A stretch of DNA of 64,000 nt from a bacterium (GCA_021781215.1 JAJXXC010000002.1:147371-211370); one strand, 5' to 3'. Shown: positions 49,579 through 58,701, counted from the first letter of the stretch. Made by a program: numbers and translations. Notes: a model not told the origin generated them from the letters alone.

Positions 49579-49640
49579 TATGTATTGTACGATTCCTGGG
49601 GTTGAAAGGATTAGTATTATAAGCGTGCTAAAATGTTAGC

Positions 49641-50651
49641 ATGAGCACGTTAATAATCTTAGTTCTATTAGTCTTAACAGTCGTTTTACTATTATCATCA
49701 AAGTCGTATCTTTCAGTTCCAGTCTATGAGCTGAAACGTCGTTCGCGCTCCGGGGATAAACTCTCAAAAAGCCTATATTCAGTAGCCTCATATAAAAATA
49801 GCTACAAACTACTTAATAATTTACTGATTCTAGTTTTTAGCAGTGTTATTTATTTGCTGGTAGTTAAACATTTTGCTAGTTTTTGGGCATTTATTTTTAT
49901 AATTGCCTATACTTGCACAATCTTCTTTTGGCTGCCCAGAAGAGCTGCCGGCAAGATGTCAGACTACCTGGCATTGTTGCTCTCAAAACCATTTAAAACA
50001 ATCCTTGTCTATACTCACCCAATAAGCCTAAAACTATTTAAATCATTGAATAACTATAGTCGATATACTCATACCGGTATTTATGAAGAAGCTGATTTCT
50101 TCCATTTTATTGAACAACAGAAAACCCAATCTGATAATCGTTTGAAAGACTATCAGCTGGATATTATTAAGAACGTTCTAGATTTTAATAAGTCAAAAGT
50201 CTTAGATTTAATGACTCCCAAACGAAAAGTTAAATCAATGTCGGTAGAGGATAGCTTGGGTCCAATTGTTTTAAGCGAGCTTCATGCCAGCGGCCATCAC
50301 TACTTTCCAATTTATCAAGATAAAGATAGCAATATTGTCGGAGTTTTAAATGCCGAATTAGTCGGTGAGAATCATGATCAAAAAATTTCAAAACTTATGG
50401 ACTCAAAAGTATTTTATGCTAACGAAGGCCAGGAAGTAAGCGAAATACTACAGGCTATGGTGTCTACCGGACGACATTTATTCGTAGTAGTAAATGATCA
50501 CGGAGATTATAGTGGGATTATTACCTCAAGAGATATCCTAAAGTCTTTAGTTGGCGAATCGATAGTCGATGGCTTGGATGATTACGAAGATAAAGAGATC
50601 GCCAAGTCTAAGGCTAAAAAAGACGGCGAAGAATCAGATACTGCTAAGTAA
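49641..50651 (+). CDS. Membrane protein with CBS-domain pair (CNNM/CorC-like)
   Basis: 336 aa. 3-4 N-terminal TM. C-terminal tandem CBS-like modules (..VLDLMTPKRKV..., ..FVVVNDHGDYSGIITSRDILKSLVG). Confidence 0.65.
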   Translation: MSTLIILVLLVLTVVLLLSSKSYLSVPVYELKRRSRSGDKLSKSLYSVASYKNSYKLLNNLLILVFSSVIYLLVVKHFASFWAFIFIIAYTCTIFFWLPRRAAGKMSDYLALLLSKPFKTILVYTHPISLKLFKSLNNYSRYTHTGIYEEADFFHFIEQQKTQSDNRLKDYQLDIIKNVLDFNKSKVLDLMTPKRKVKSMSVEDSLGPIVLSELHASGHHYFPIYQDKDSNIVGVLNAELVGENHDQKISKLMDSKVFYANEGQEVSEILQAMVSTGRHLFVVVNDHGDYSGIITSRDILKSLVGESIVDGLDDYEDKEIAKSKAKKDGEESDTAK

Positions 50652-50680
50652 CTGACTGAACATCTGTTAAAATAGTATTT

Positions 50681-51988
50681 ATGGACAGAATACTAAATCG
50701 TGACCTGAAAGACCAGGTTGGCAACCAGGTTGTAATTAGTGGTTGGCTGCATAAAAAAAGATTACTTGGTGGCCTAACATTCATTAATTTACGCGATCGC
50801 AGTGGACTGGCTCAGATTGTGATAAAACAGAAGGACGAAGTTGAGAAATTACGTGGCATGCAACTAGGCAGCGTATTAACAATAAAGGGCACAGTAAAAG
50901 AAGAGCCCAGAGCACCGGGCGGAGTTGAGATCCATGATGCTGAGATTAGTATAGATGTTCCGGTAGAAGATCAGTCGCCTGTAGAAATCGACAAGCCCCT
51001 TAGCCATAAGTCCGATAATCTAGATACTTTGTTTGACTATCGACCAATTGGTCTGCGCAATATTCAAGAAACTCAAATTTTTAAAATTCGTAGTGAACTA
51101 ACTCGATATATCCGGGAGTTTTTGTATAAGAACGATTTCGTGGAGATAAATAGCCCTAAATTAGTTGCCGGTGCAGCTGAGGGTGGAGCTGAAGTTTTTA
51201 AACTAGATTACTTTGGTCAAGAAGCAACTTTGGCTCAGAGCCCACAGTTATATAAGCAAATGATGGTTGGAGTATTTGAAAGAGTCTTTGAAATTGCCCC
51301 AGCCTTTCGAGCCGAGTTATCAGCTACAACTAGACACGTATCAGAAGTTACGATGCTAGATATTGAGATGGGTTTTATCAAGGGCTATGAAGATGTGCTT
51401 AATATGGTTCAGGACCTTATATTTAATGTAGTTAGCCGAGTCTATAAAGACATGCCCGAAGAGCTAAAGAGCCTTAGGGCACCTGAATTAGTCTTAAAAC
51501 CTAAGTTTCCAAGGTATACTATGGCTGAAATTCATAAACTCTACACTAAAGACACTGGAAACGATACGACTAAAGAATTGGATTTAACACCAGACGAAGA
51601 ACGTTGGATTTGCGAATATGCTAAAGAACATGATGGCTGTGAAGCAGTCTATGCTACGGGGCTGCCTAAGTCTAAAATGAAGTTCTATCACATGGATAAC
51701 GGTGATGGAACGGCTAGATCTTCAGACCTTCTATTTAGAGGAGTTGAAATATCTACCGTACCTCAGCGAGAACATAGGTACGATAAGCTTGTTGAGCAAA
51801 TGAAGGCAGCTGGTATAGATCCAGAAGCTAAAGGTTTTGCAGCTTATGTCTCGGCTTTTAAATACGGGCTTCCGGCTCATGGTGGTTGTGGTCTTGGAAT
51901 TGATCGCTTGGTAGAGAAGGTTATAGGACTAGCTAATATCAAAGAAGCTATTTTATTCCCAAGAGATATAAATCGTTTAGCACCTTAG
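50681..51988 (+). CDS. aspS: Aspartate--tRNA ligase, archaeal/eukaryal (type 2) form
   Basis: 435 aa. OB-fold GWLHKKRLLGGLTFINLRDRSGLAQIV, QSPQLYKQ, motif 2 FRAE, and motif 3 GLPAHGGCGLGIDRLV. Confidence 0.88.
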   Translation: MDRILNRDLKDQVGNQVVISGWLHKKRLLGGLTFINLRDRSGLAQIVIKQKDEVEKLRGMQLGSVLTIKGTVKEEPRAPGGVEIHDAEISIDVPVEDQSPVEIDKPLSHKSDNLDTLFDYRPIGLRNIQETQIFKIRSELTRYIREFLYKNDFVEINSPKLVAGAAEGGAEVFKLDYFGQEATLAQSPQLYKQMMVGVFERVFEIAPAFRAELSATTRHVSEVTMLDIEMGFIKGYEDVLNMVQDLIFNVVSRVYKDMPEELKSLRAPELVLKPKFPRYTMAEIHKLYTKDTGNDTTKELDLTPDEERWICEYAKEHDGCEAVYATGLPKSKMKFYHMDNGDGTARSSDLLFRGVEISTVPQREHRYDKLVEQMKAAGIDPEAKGFAAYVSAFKYGLPAHGGCGLGIDRLVEKVIGLANIKEAILFPRDINRLAP

Positions 51989-53280
51989 GGTTGATTTCTA
52001 AAGTTGGATCTAAGCCATTCATCTAGGCCCTCACCGCCTCCACCATTTAGGGCTATAACCATATCTCCGTTGCTCAGGTGTTTGTTGATAATCTCAATTA
52101 ATGATTGATCCATTTTTGCCGCTGAGGCTATATTTGGGTTTGGTAGCCCGGCAATTAAATCATTAGGCTCTAAAATCGGTAATTTAGGATCTTCTCTTGC
52201 TAGATAACTTGGTATCCAGTAAATATGCTCCGCTCCATCAAAACAGTCGCCGTATTGGTCTCTAATGTAGTGCTGGCGCCTATTGGTTAGTGGTTCATAG
52301 ATGACGTAAACTAGCTGATTTTTGGTTTTTGCCATCTCCCTAGCTACACTCATAGCTGCCCTAATTTTTTCTGGTGTATGTGCGTAGTCTGAATAGAGAT
52401 TGGGGATTATTTCTTCCATTCGTCGCTCAAGCCCCGGGAATCTGTTGATTATTTCAGCTAATTCCTCAAACTTCCGCCCAGCTATTTGTCTAACAGCCTC
52501 AATTGCCAAAAGAGCATCCCGACGATTATATAGGCCAAATAATTTAATTTTGTCTATGTTATCTTGGTCAATTATTTTTAGCTCATGGTCTTGCTTGAGG
52601 TTAAGATATTCAGCGTCACTTTCAAGCAGGGCAGACGTCTCAGACTGATCAAGAAATTGCCTAAAAGCTTGTTTATATTGATTGCGAGTGGTAAATATCT
52701 CATGGTGATCCCATGAGACACCGCTAATAACACTAAAATACGGTCTAAAGCTTAAGAAATTTCTATCAAACTCGTCAGCCTCATATATAAAATATTCACT
52801 CCTGGAATCATAGTAACCGTTCTCACCAAAACTTATCTTAGCTGGAAGCGCGTAGCTTACCGGCACGCCTAGTTGTTTGAATAGCCAAATAATCATAGCG
52901 GTTGTGGTTGATTTACCATGAGTACCCGCTACTGCAATTAACTTTTGATTTTTTTGGGTTAGTAGAAAATTTAGAAATTCATCACGCTTCGAGGTTTTAA
53001 TTCCATGCTGTCTACAAAATTCTAGCTCTTCCGAGTTAGGGTTTTCTAAAGTCACCGCCGAGGAATAGACTAACCAGTCTATGGCAGAGGTTTGATGGAC
53101 ACTAGCAATTTGGGCCTCTGATTGCCCGATATGAATATCATTAATACCGTGCTCTATTAGGTAATCGATAGTTTTGGAAGTACGTTTATCGGACCCAGAT
53201 ACTTCAAACCCAGCCTGATGAGCAATTAGGGCTAGTGAACTAATGCCAGAGCCACCAATGGCTGAAAAGTATATATGCAT
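51985..53280 (-). CDS. murC: Mur ligase family enzyme (MurC/Mpl-like)
   Basis: 431 aa. MHIYFSAIGGSGISSLALIAHQAGFEVSGSD N-terminal Rossmann domain and the GTHGKSTT P-loop. Its stop overlaps the aspS stop (TTAG). Confidence 0.7.
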   Translation of the reverse strand: MHIYFSAIGGSGISSLALIAHQAGFEVSGSDKRTSKTIDYLIEHGINDIHIGQSEAQIASVHQTSAIDWLVYSSAVTLENPNSEELEFCRQHGIKTSKRDEFLNFLLTQKNQKLIAVAGTHGKSTTTAMIIWLFKQLGVPVSYALPAKISFGENGYYDSRSEYFIYEADEFDRNFLSFRPYFSVISGVSWDHHEIFTTRNQYKQAFRQFLDQSETSALLESDAEYLNLKQDHELKIIDQDNIDKIKLFGLYNRRDALLAIEAVRQIAGRKFEELAEIINRFPGLERRMEEIIPNLYSDYAHTPEKIRAAMSVAREMAKTKNQLVYVIYEPLTNRRQHYIRDQYGDCFDGAEHIYWIPSYLAREDPKLPILEPNDLIAGLPNPNIASAAKMDQSLIEIINKHLSNGDMVIALNGGGGEGLDEWLRSNFRNQP

Positions 53281-53360
53281 AAATCTAGTCTATCACGAGG
53301 ATGATGGTCTTCGGGCTTCAAAAAATGGCTTATCTTGATAATTCACATATAATAGTCAGC

Positions 53361-53954
53361 ATGATACGAAATAAGCACCAATCTGACATTTATTTATTTT
53401 TTAAACAGTTTAACCTAAGACTGTTACTAACCCTACTAATTCTGTTTATAGTCTTATCGGTCTACGGGCTTAGGCAGAATAATTTAACAATGGTGAGTTT
53501 AAAAAATCAGCTAATGACCGCCGACAAGAATAACGGCGATGTTAACGGTGATTTAAATAAATTGCGATTATTTATTTACAATCATATGAATACAAATCCG
53601 AGCAGTAGTAATGGGGTCTATCCACCAATTCAGCTGAAGTATACTTATCAGCGATTATTAGCTCAGGCTCAAGCAAGTGCTGCCGCTACCAGTAGTCAAG
53701 ATCAGGCTAATAAAGCAGTTGTTTATTGTCGTGACCTAGGATCTGACTACAATGCATCTCAATTGGCTACTTGTGAGAGCTGGTACATTAAGAACCAGCC
53801 AGGGTCAACTGTTACTATTCCGCCCGCACTCTATCAATTCGACTTTATTTCACCAATATGGTCACCAGATTTAGCTGGGTTTAGCATACTTATTAGCTTT
53901 GCTCTAGCAATTGCTCTAGTTGCAATGTTCCTATTCGAGAAGTTTAGTAAGTAA
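53361..53954 (+). CDS. Hypothetical membrane protein (N- and C-terminal TM)
   Basis: The track start is 53301. ATG at 53361 (MIRNKHQSD..) lies 7 nt after a TATAAT at 53348..53353. TM helices LLLTLLILFIVLSVYGL and GFSILISFALAIALVAMFLF. Confidence 0.5.
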   Translation: MIRNKHQSDIYLFFKQFNLRLLLTLLILFIVLSVYGLRQNNLTMVSLKNQLMTADKNNGDVNGDLNKLRLFIYNHMNTNPSSSNGVYPPIQLKYTYQRLLAQAQASAAATSSQDQANKAVVYCRDLGSDYNASQLATCESWYIKNQPGSTVTIPPALYQFDFISPIWSPDLAGFSILISFALAIALVAMFLFEKFSK

Positions 53955-54641
53955 CTAAGGCTTTTTGGCAGTTGTGCTACTAGTGGTAGCTGGTGTTGTA
54001 GTTGAGGAGGTGCTACTTGTTGTTGGTGTAGTCGAAGTAGTACTGCTTGTTGGGCTAGTGGTTGAAGATGTAGTGCTTGAAGTAGGAGTGGTTGATTTAC
54101 TACACTGCAAGTTATCTGCATGCCATTTTGCAATATCAGTTACAACTTGGCTCTTAGAAGATAGATTCTCCCACAATACGACCTGAGCACGATTAATTAT
54201 AATTTGGTTCTCTGGGTCAGATAGGGTACAGGTTAGACTATTTAAATTAAATTGATTGGATGTTGCACCTGGTTGTAGGTAAAAAACATCATTCAAAACC
54301 ATATAGTTAGAGTTCATTGACGCAATTTTACCAAAATATACTTGGTCTCCAGTACTGGCAGAAACTCGAACGTCTACTGATTGATAAGTAGATGTATTAA
54401 CATAACTACTCTCAGAGTTACTTTTATATATTAACAAGGCTACGACAACTAGAATGATCAGTAAACCAGTTAGTACAGCTAGAGTAGCCGACAAGGTCTT
54501 AACGTTCATTTTTTTGAATTTTTTTGATTTTGATGGTCTATCCGGTAAATCAACTCCTCTACTTGAATCTACGAAAGCTTGTTGAGGCGCTTGGCTACTC
54601 GCCTGAGGCCTAGAATTTTGATTAACTGTATACATTAACAC
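53955..54641 (-). CDS. Membrane-anchored protein with C-terminal Ser/Thr-rich tail
   Basis: 228 aa. TM LAVLTGLLIILVVVALLIY, a globular middle region, and the tail PTSSTTSSTTSPTSSTTSTTPTTSSTSSTTTPATTSSTTAKKP. Confidence 0.6.
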   Translation of the reverse strand: MLMYTVNQNSRPQASSQAPQQAFVDSSRGVDLPDRPSKSKKFKKMNVKTLSATLAVLTGLLIILVVVALLIYKSNSESSYVNTSTYQSVDVRVSASTGDQVYFGKIASMNSNYMVLNDVFYLQPGATSNQFNLNSLTCTLSDPENQIIINRAQVVLWENLSSKSQVVTDIAKWHADNLQCSKSTTPTSSTTSSTTSPTSSTTSTTPTTSSTSSTTTPATTSSTTAKKP

Positions 54642-54848
54642 TCCCCACTTCTATTAATTTTAACTACTAATGATTGTAATACATAAGCATAATTGCATCA
54701 ATACATATTTACAGCTCCATTAAAGATATTACAACTATTTTTAATCTGTGAAAGAATGCTCAAGTTAAAAATATAATTGACAAAATAATTCCTAACAGAG
54801 TATGGTAATATTACCAATACAAACTATAAGAGAGGGAAAGGTGTTAGC

Positions 54849-55049
54849 ATGGCATATAAGCACACAAATTCTAAAGGTGTAACATATTACTTAAACTCGA
54901 AGGATGTAACTCTTCGCGGTGGAAAAGTACAGACTATTTACTACTTCAGCAAAGATGAAAGAAAAGACACTGGTCTTGATTCACTTCCTGCAAGTAAGTC
55001 TGTTAACGAAAACCCACGAAACGGTTTCTTGACACTTAAGAGTAAGTAA
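54849..55049 (+). CDS. Small conserved-looking hypothetical protein
   Basis: 66 aa. GGGAAAGG Shine-Dalgarno-like sequence upstream, and its own hairpin terminator downstream. Confidence 0.5.
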   Translation: MAYKHTNSKGVTYYLNSKDVTLRGGKVQTIYYFSKDERKDTGLDSLPASKSVNENPRNGFLTLKSK

Positions 55050-55067
55050 TTACCCTTTAATTTGAAG

Positions 55068-55102
55068 TGACACCCGAGTAAAATTGGGTGTCATTTTATT
55101 TT
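55068..55102 (+). terminator. Rho-independent terminator
   Basis: Stem TGACACCC (55068..55075) / GGGTGTCA (55086..55093), 10-nt loop, then TTTTATTTT (55094..55102). Confidence 0.65.
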
Positions 55103-55110
55103 CTAAGCAA

Positions 55111-56073
55111 ATGAATAATATTTATAATCAACTAAAGAGTCCATTTACAGTCTTGGCGCCACTAGATGACGTCTCTGATGTCGTATTCCGAGAAATTATT
55201 AGTGACTGTGCTAGACCTGATTTATTTTTCACTGAGTTCGTGAATGTTGATGGCCTACAGAGTATTGGTCGAGAGAAGCTAGTGCATAAGCTATGGAAAA
55301 CTGATGGCGATGATCCAATAATTGCCCAAATATGGGGTAAAACGCCGGATAATTATTATAAAACCGCTAAAGAACTGGTTAAAATGGGTTTTGCCGGAAT
55401 CGATATTAATATGGGCTGTCCAGACAAAGCAGTGATTAAAAATGGTTGTTGCGTAGCCCTGATTAACAATCGAGAACTCGCCAAGGAAATCATTGACGCA
55501 ACTAAAGCCGGGGCTGCTGGCATGTTGCCGGTAAGTGTTAAAACTAGACTGGGTTTTAATGAAATTGACTTAACCTGGCATGAGTTTTTACTCAATCAAA
55601 ACCTCGATGCTTTGTATATCCATGGTAGAACTAAGAAAGAATTAAGTTTAGTTCCAGCCCAGTGGGATGTTATTAATGAAATAAGGGTTATGCGGGATAA
55701 GATATCACCTAAAACTAAGATTATTGGTAATGGTGACATTAAAAACAAAGCTGAAGCCTTGGAATACGCTACAAAGTATAAATTGGATGGAATTATGATC
55801 GGCAGGGGAATATTCAGCAATCCCTATGCATTCGGTGAAGATTTTAAGCAATGGGAGATTAAAACTAGCCAAGATAAAGTTGGCCTATATAAAAAGCATG
55901 TTGAGCTTTTTACTAACACCTATAAAAATAACCAACGAAATTTCAGTGTTTTAAAACGATTTGCTAAGGTATATATCAATAATTTCGACGGAGCCAATGC
56001 GCTGAGAGAATCGATAGTAGTTCAAAAATCTCTAGAGGATCTGTCGAGAGCCTTAAATAATTGGCAAGAATAA
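55111..56073 (+). CDS. dus: tRNA-dihydrouridine synthase
   Basis: The track start TTG 55084 lies inside the terminator hairpin; ATG at 55111 (MNNIYNQLK..) is more likely. LAPLDDVSDVVFR, GIDINMGCP and IHGRT motifs of the Dus family. Confidence 0.85.
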   Translation: MNNIYNQLKSPFTVLAPLDDVSDVVFREIISDCARPDLFFTEFVNVDGLQSIGREKLVHKLWKTDGDDPIIAQIWGKTPDNYYKTAKELVKMGFAGIDINMGCPDKAVIKNGCCVALINNRELAKEIIDATKAGAAGMLPVSVKTRLGFNEIDLTWHEFLLNQNLDALYIHGRTKKELSLVPAQWDVINEIRVMRDKISPKTKIIGNGDIKNKAEALEYATKYKLDGIMIGRGIFSNPYAFGEDFKQWEIKTSQDKVGLYKKHVELFTNTYKNNQRNFSVLKRFAKVYINNFDGANALRESIVVQKSLEDLSRALNNWQE

Positions 56074-56094
56074 AAATTTACACATATAGCATGA

Positions 56095-57165
56095 CTAATT
56101 TGAATATAGAGAGTATTCTTGCCGCAAATTCGTAAGTTCATTTCTCAAATCTAATTCTAATTGATCAAATTCTGACTTAGTTTCGAATAATATTTGAGCC
56201 CTATGATGACCGTGAGAGGCTAGGTCCATTCTCCAGGATTTATATTCAGCAAAAAATATATCATTAAATGCATTCCACCAATCATCTCTAACTTCCATAA
56301 ATATTCCCGCTCCAGATAAGGGGCCAATATTCACCGGTATTGACATGCTACGGACCAATTGCTTTAAGTCTCGAAATCTTTCCGCGTATCTTTCTTCGAA
56401 ATCTCTAGAAAGACTGCAGGAAAATTCACCAAGTTCCCAGTCGATTGGAAAAACCCAACCTTCGGGATTGGTTGCAATATTTCTAATGTATAAATCTCCA
56501 TGATAAGAATCACCCATGCTATGAAGTAATGCAATACTGTGCGCTGCTTTCAGCCAGAGCTCTTGCATGCCCAAGTTATTATTGAATTCAGGATAAAAAT
56601 CTGACCAATCAATATTATCAAATGTGTCCAGCGATCGCTGTAAGACAGTTAATGAATAAAAATTATTTTTCGTATCATCAATAATACCTATTGGTTCTAA
56701 TCCACCTAGGTTAAAACTGTTTGCAACCGCATTTCCAAAATAATCAGAAAGACATTCAAGTTCAGTTTTAGCTCTGCCTTCAACCTGCTGGAAAGGCTTA
56801 ATGGCGATTGATATACTTTCATGTTCATTAAATTCTAGATCGCCAAAAATAACGCCATGTCTGGATGCCTTACCTCCCTGACTTTTATATGGTTCAAATT
56901 TCATAGGCCCATTAAATAGTTTGTGATATTCAGGAGCAAGATAGGCGATTGGTTCTCCGGTACGTATTCTGGTATTCATAAAAGTATTAATTGCTTCTTC
57001 TTTTGGTTGCTTGGATGAAAGGTTTATCTCTACATTAAGTAATCTAGCATCTAATTTTGGAACTACTTCTGTGAAATCCTCAATTCTCTGTCTTTCAAGA
57101 TTTTGAAAATTTGGAATTAATTCAGAATTATTACTAGTTGATGGTTCTAAGGCGTGTCTTTCCAT
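56095..57165 (-). CDS. Protein-kinase-like fold protein (RIO/Bud32/Kdo-kinase-like catalytic motifs), function unknown
   Basis: 356 aa. Candidate beta3 lysine in ISIAIKPF. Catalytic loop YHGDLYIRNI (HGDLxxxN). Metal-binding equivalent FPIDWELGEF. No signal peptide. Confidence 0.5.
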   Translation of the reverse strand: MERHALEPSTSNNSELIPNFQNLERQRIEDFTEVVPKLDARLLNVEINLSSKQPKEEAINTFMNTRIRTGEPIAYLAPEYHKLFNGPMKFEPYKSQGGKASRHGVIFGDLEFNEHESISIAIKPFQQVEGRAKTELECLSDYFGNAVANSFNLGGLEPIGIIDDTKNNFYSLTVLQRSLDTFDNIDWSDFYPEFNNNLGMQELWLKAAHSIALLHSMGDSYHGDLYIRNIATNPEGWVFPIDWELGEFSCSLSRDFEERYAERFRDLKQLVRSMSIPVNIGPLSGAGIFMEVRDDWWNAFNDIFFAEYKSWRMDLASHGHHRAQILFETKSEFDQLELDLRNELTNLRQEYSLYSN

Positions 57166-57170
57166 AAATT

Positions 57171-57791
57171 TTATCTTTCTGCCGACTGGAATCCATCTAT
57201 AAAACTTTGTTCTATACCATTAAATCTTATGCCAAACTCATTATGAAGTTTTTCTAAGTAAGTATCCAGAATTGCATTTTTATCTTTAGTGGAGAAGGCA
57301 GCATATAGCTCGGATCCTGGTACGAGAAATAATCCTCTTTCTTTTTGTTGAGTGTAATCTACTAGCGCTACATTTAAGCCAATATTGCCGGCGAACTCAA
57401 CATAGTTGTCTTCTCCCAGCGAAACCCCAAAGTCCCTTAATAATTTCCCAAGATCTGTAAATAGATTCATATCGTTATATGTGTAGTCCCCCATTGTTCT
57501 TACAATAGCTCCATGAAGGATTGGTTTAGACCCATTTGGAACCTTGAATTTATCAAAAAACTCGATGGTTGATTCGTATTCTCCCAGTAATAATTTCTTT
57601 GATATTAATGATTCTCGTATGGCTAAATGGGCCTCATTAGGGCTCGGATATTCAATAAATCTACGCTGATGTCCACCATGACCACTTAGCACATCTAATC
57701 TTAGGAGGTCTGGACTAGCAAAACTATACCTCTTCGACACAGGAACTTCGGTGTATTCCGCTGACTGTGATATTTTTTCATGACTAGTCAT
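57171..57791 (-). CDS. Hypothetical protein, co-operonic with the kinase-like gene
   Basis: 206-aa ORF ending 5 nt before the kinase-like start. No motif I can assign. Confidence 0.45.
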   Translation of the reverse strand: MTSHEKISQSAEYTEVPVSKRYSFASPDLLRLDVLSGHGGHQRRFIEYPSPNEAHLAIRESLISKKLLLGEYESTIEFFDKFKVPNGSKPILHGAIVRTMGDYTYNDMNLFTDLGKLLRDFGVSLGEDNYVEFAGNIGLNVALVDYTQQKERGLFLVPGSELYAAFSTKDKNAILDTYLEKLHNEFGIRFNGIEQSFIDGFQSAER

Positions 57792-57900
57792 ATGAATATA
57801 CTATAACATAAGTTAACTAAAATTACAACAGAATCACTAAAAAACTAAACATGATTTGATATGGTTAACTGATAATTCATATAAAAAAATAGGACTATTC

Positions 57901-57909
57901 TGTTATAAT
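57901..57909 (+). promoter_or_regulatory. Extended -10 promoter element for tRNA-Met
   Basis: TGTTATAAT (TGnTATAAT) ending 12 nt before the tRNA 5' end. Confidence 0.5.
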
Positions 57910-57921
57910 TTTGCTATTGAC

Positions 57922-57997
57922 GGGGCTGTAGCTCAGTGGTTAGAGCAGTCGGCTCATAACCGATTGGTCGTTGGTTCAAGTCCAACCAGCCCCACCA
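57922..57997 (+). tRNA. tRNA with CAT anticodon (elongator Met, or Ile2 if lysidine-modified), CCA encoded
   Basis: Manual cloverleaf: acceptor GGGGCTG/CAGCCCC, D arm GCTC-AGTGGTTA-GAGC, anticodon arm GTCGG-CTCATAA-CCGAT, variable loop TGGTC, T arm GTTGG-TTCAAGT-CCAAC, discriminator A, then CCA. The G1-C72 pair and the lack of a GGG/CCC anticodon stem argue against an initiator. Confidence 0.9.
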
Positions 57998-58032
57998 ATA
58001 AATTGACAAAACATCAAGCTTATGCTAACATT

Positions 58033-58701
58033 ATGACTATGAGTAAATTTGAACAAAATCATGAAAAAACAAAAAAATCATTTATAAAAAGCAATACAAT
58101 GAAAGTTATTGCTGGTGCGGCACTATCAACATCTTTGTTGGGTTCAAGTGCTGAAATCGCTTCAGCTGGTGAAATTATTACGCAGAGCTCAGCTGCCGCT
58201 ATCTCACAGTCTCTAAATGAACATCAAGTTGCTAGAAACGTTGTGGTAGAGCAAGGTTATCAAATACCATTACAATATAACCATAATTCTACTAGTCCTG
58301 TGCCAATTTCAATTTACAACCCCATAAAATTAGGCAAAAATACATATGGCTACTTTAGTGATAATCCGAAAGCTGGACACATTGAACTTCATACTATTAA
58401 ATACGACAAACCATTACAGGTCAGTAGACCTATGAAGGATTATCAGACTAATAAGGAGTACATTGAAGAAATTATAACTCCAATATCCGTAGTTTACTCA
58501 CCTTTTTCTAGTTCGAATGGTCAGGCCGAAGTATATACTTTTGTTACGGTAGGTGATCATCCGGGTAACGTGAACGGATTAGTAGGGTTCACTCCAAATA
58601 GTAACTCAACTATACAGAGCGAAGAGACTAGTCAAGAATTATCCAAGATACAGTATGTCGGTGCACTGGATTGGTATACTCCCCTAGGCCCTAAAGGATA
58701 A
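58033..58701 (+). CDS. Secreted hypothetical protein
   Basis: The track ORF (57856..) runs through the tRNA, so the start must be ATG 58033 or ATG 58099. The latter gives the signal peptide MKVIAGAALSTSLLGSSAEIASA. Confidence 0.55.
   Translation: MTMSKFEQNHEKTKKSFIKSNTMKVIAGAALSTSLLGSSAEIASAGEIITQSSAAAISQSLNEHQVARNVVVEQGYQIPLQYNHNSTSPVPISIYNPIKLGKNTYGYFSDNPKAGHIELHTIKYDKPLQVSRPMKDYQTNKEYIEEIITPISVVYSPFSSSNGQAEVYTFVTVGDHPGNVNGLVGFTPNSNSTIQSEETSQELSKIQYVGALDWYTPLGPKG

Noticed and set aside
53834-54186. ORFs 53834..54133 (-) and 53965..54186 (+) with Q/L/P-rich or V/L/E-rich products
   Set aside because: They are alternative-frame and antisense readings of the Ser/Thr-rich low-complexity tail of the 53955..54641 gene.
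57856-58032. N-terminal 59 codons of track ORF 57856..58701
   Set aside because: This stretch translates straight through the tRNA gene (57922..57997) and its promoter. The real CDS must begin at ATG 58033 or 58099.
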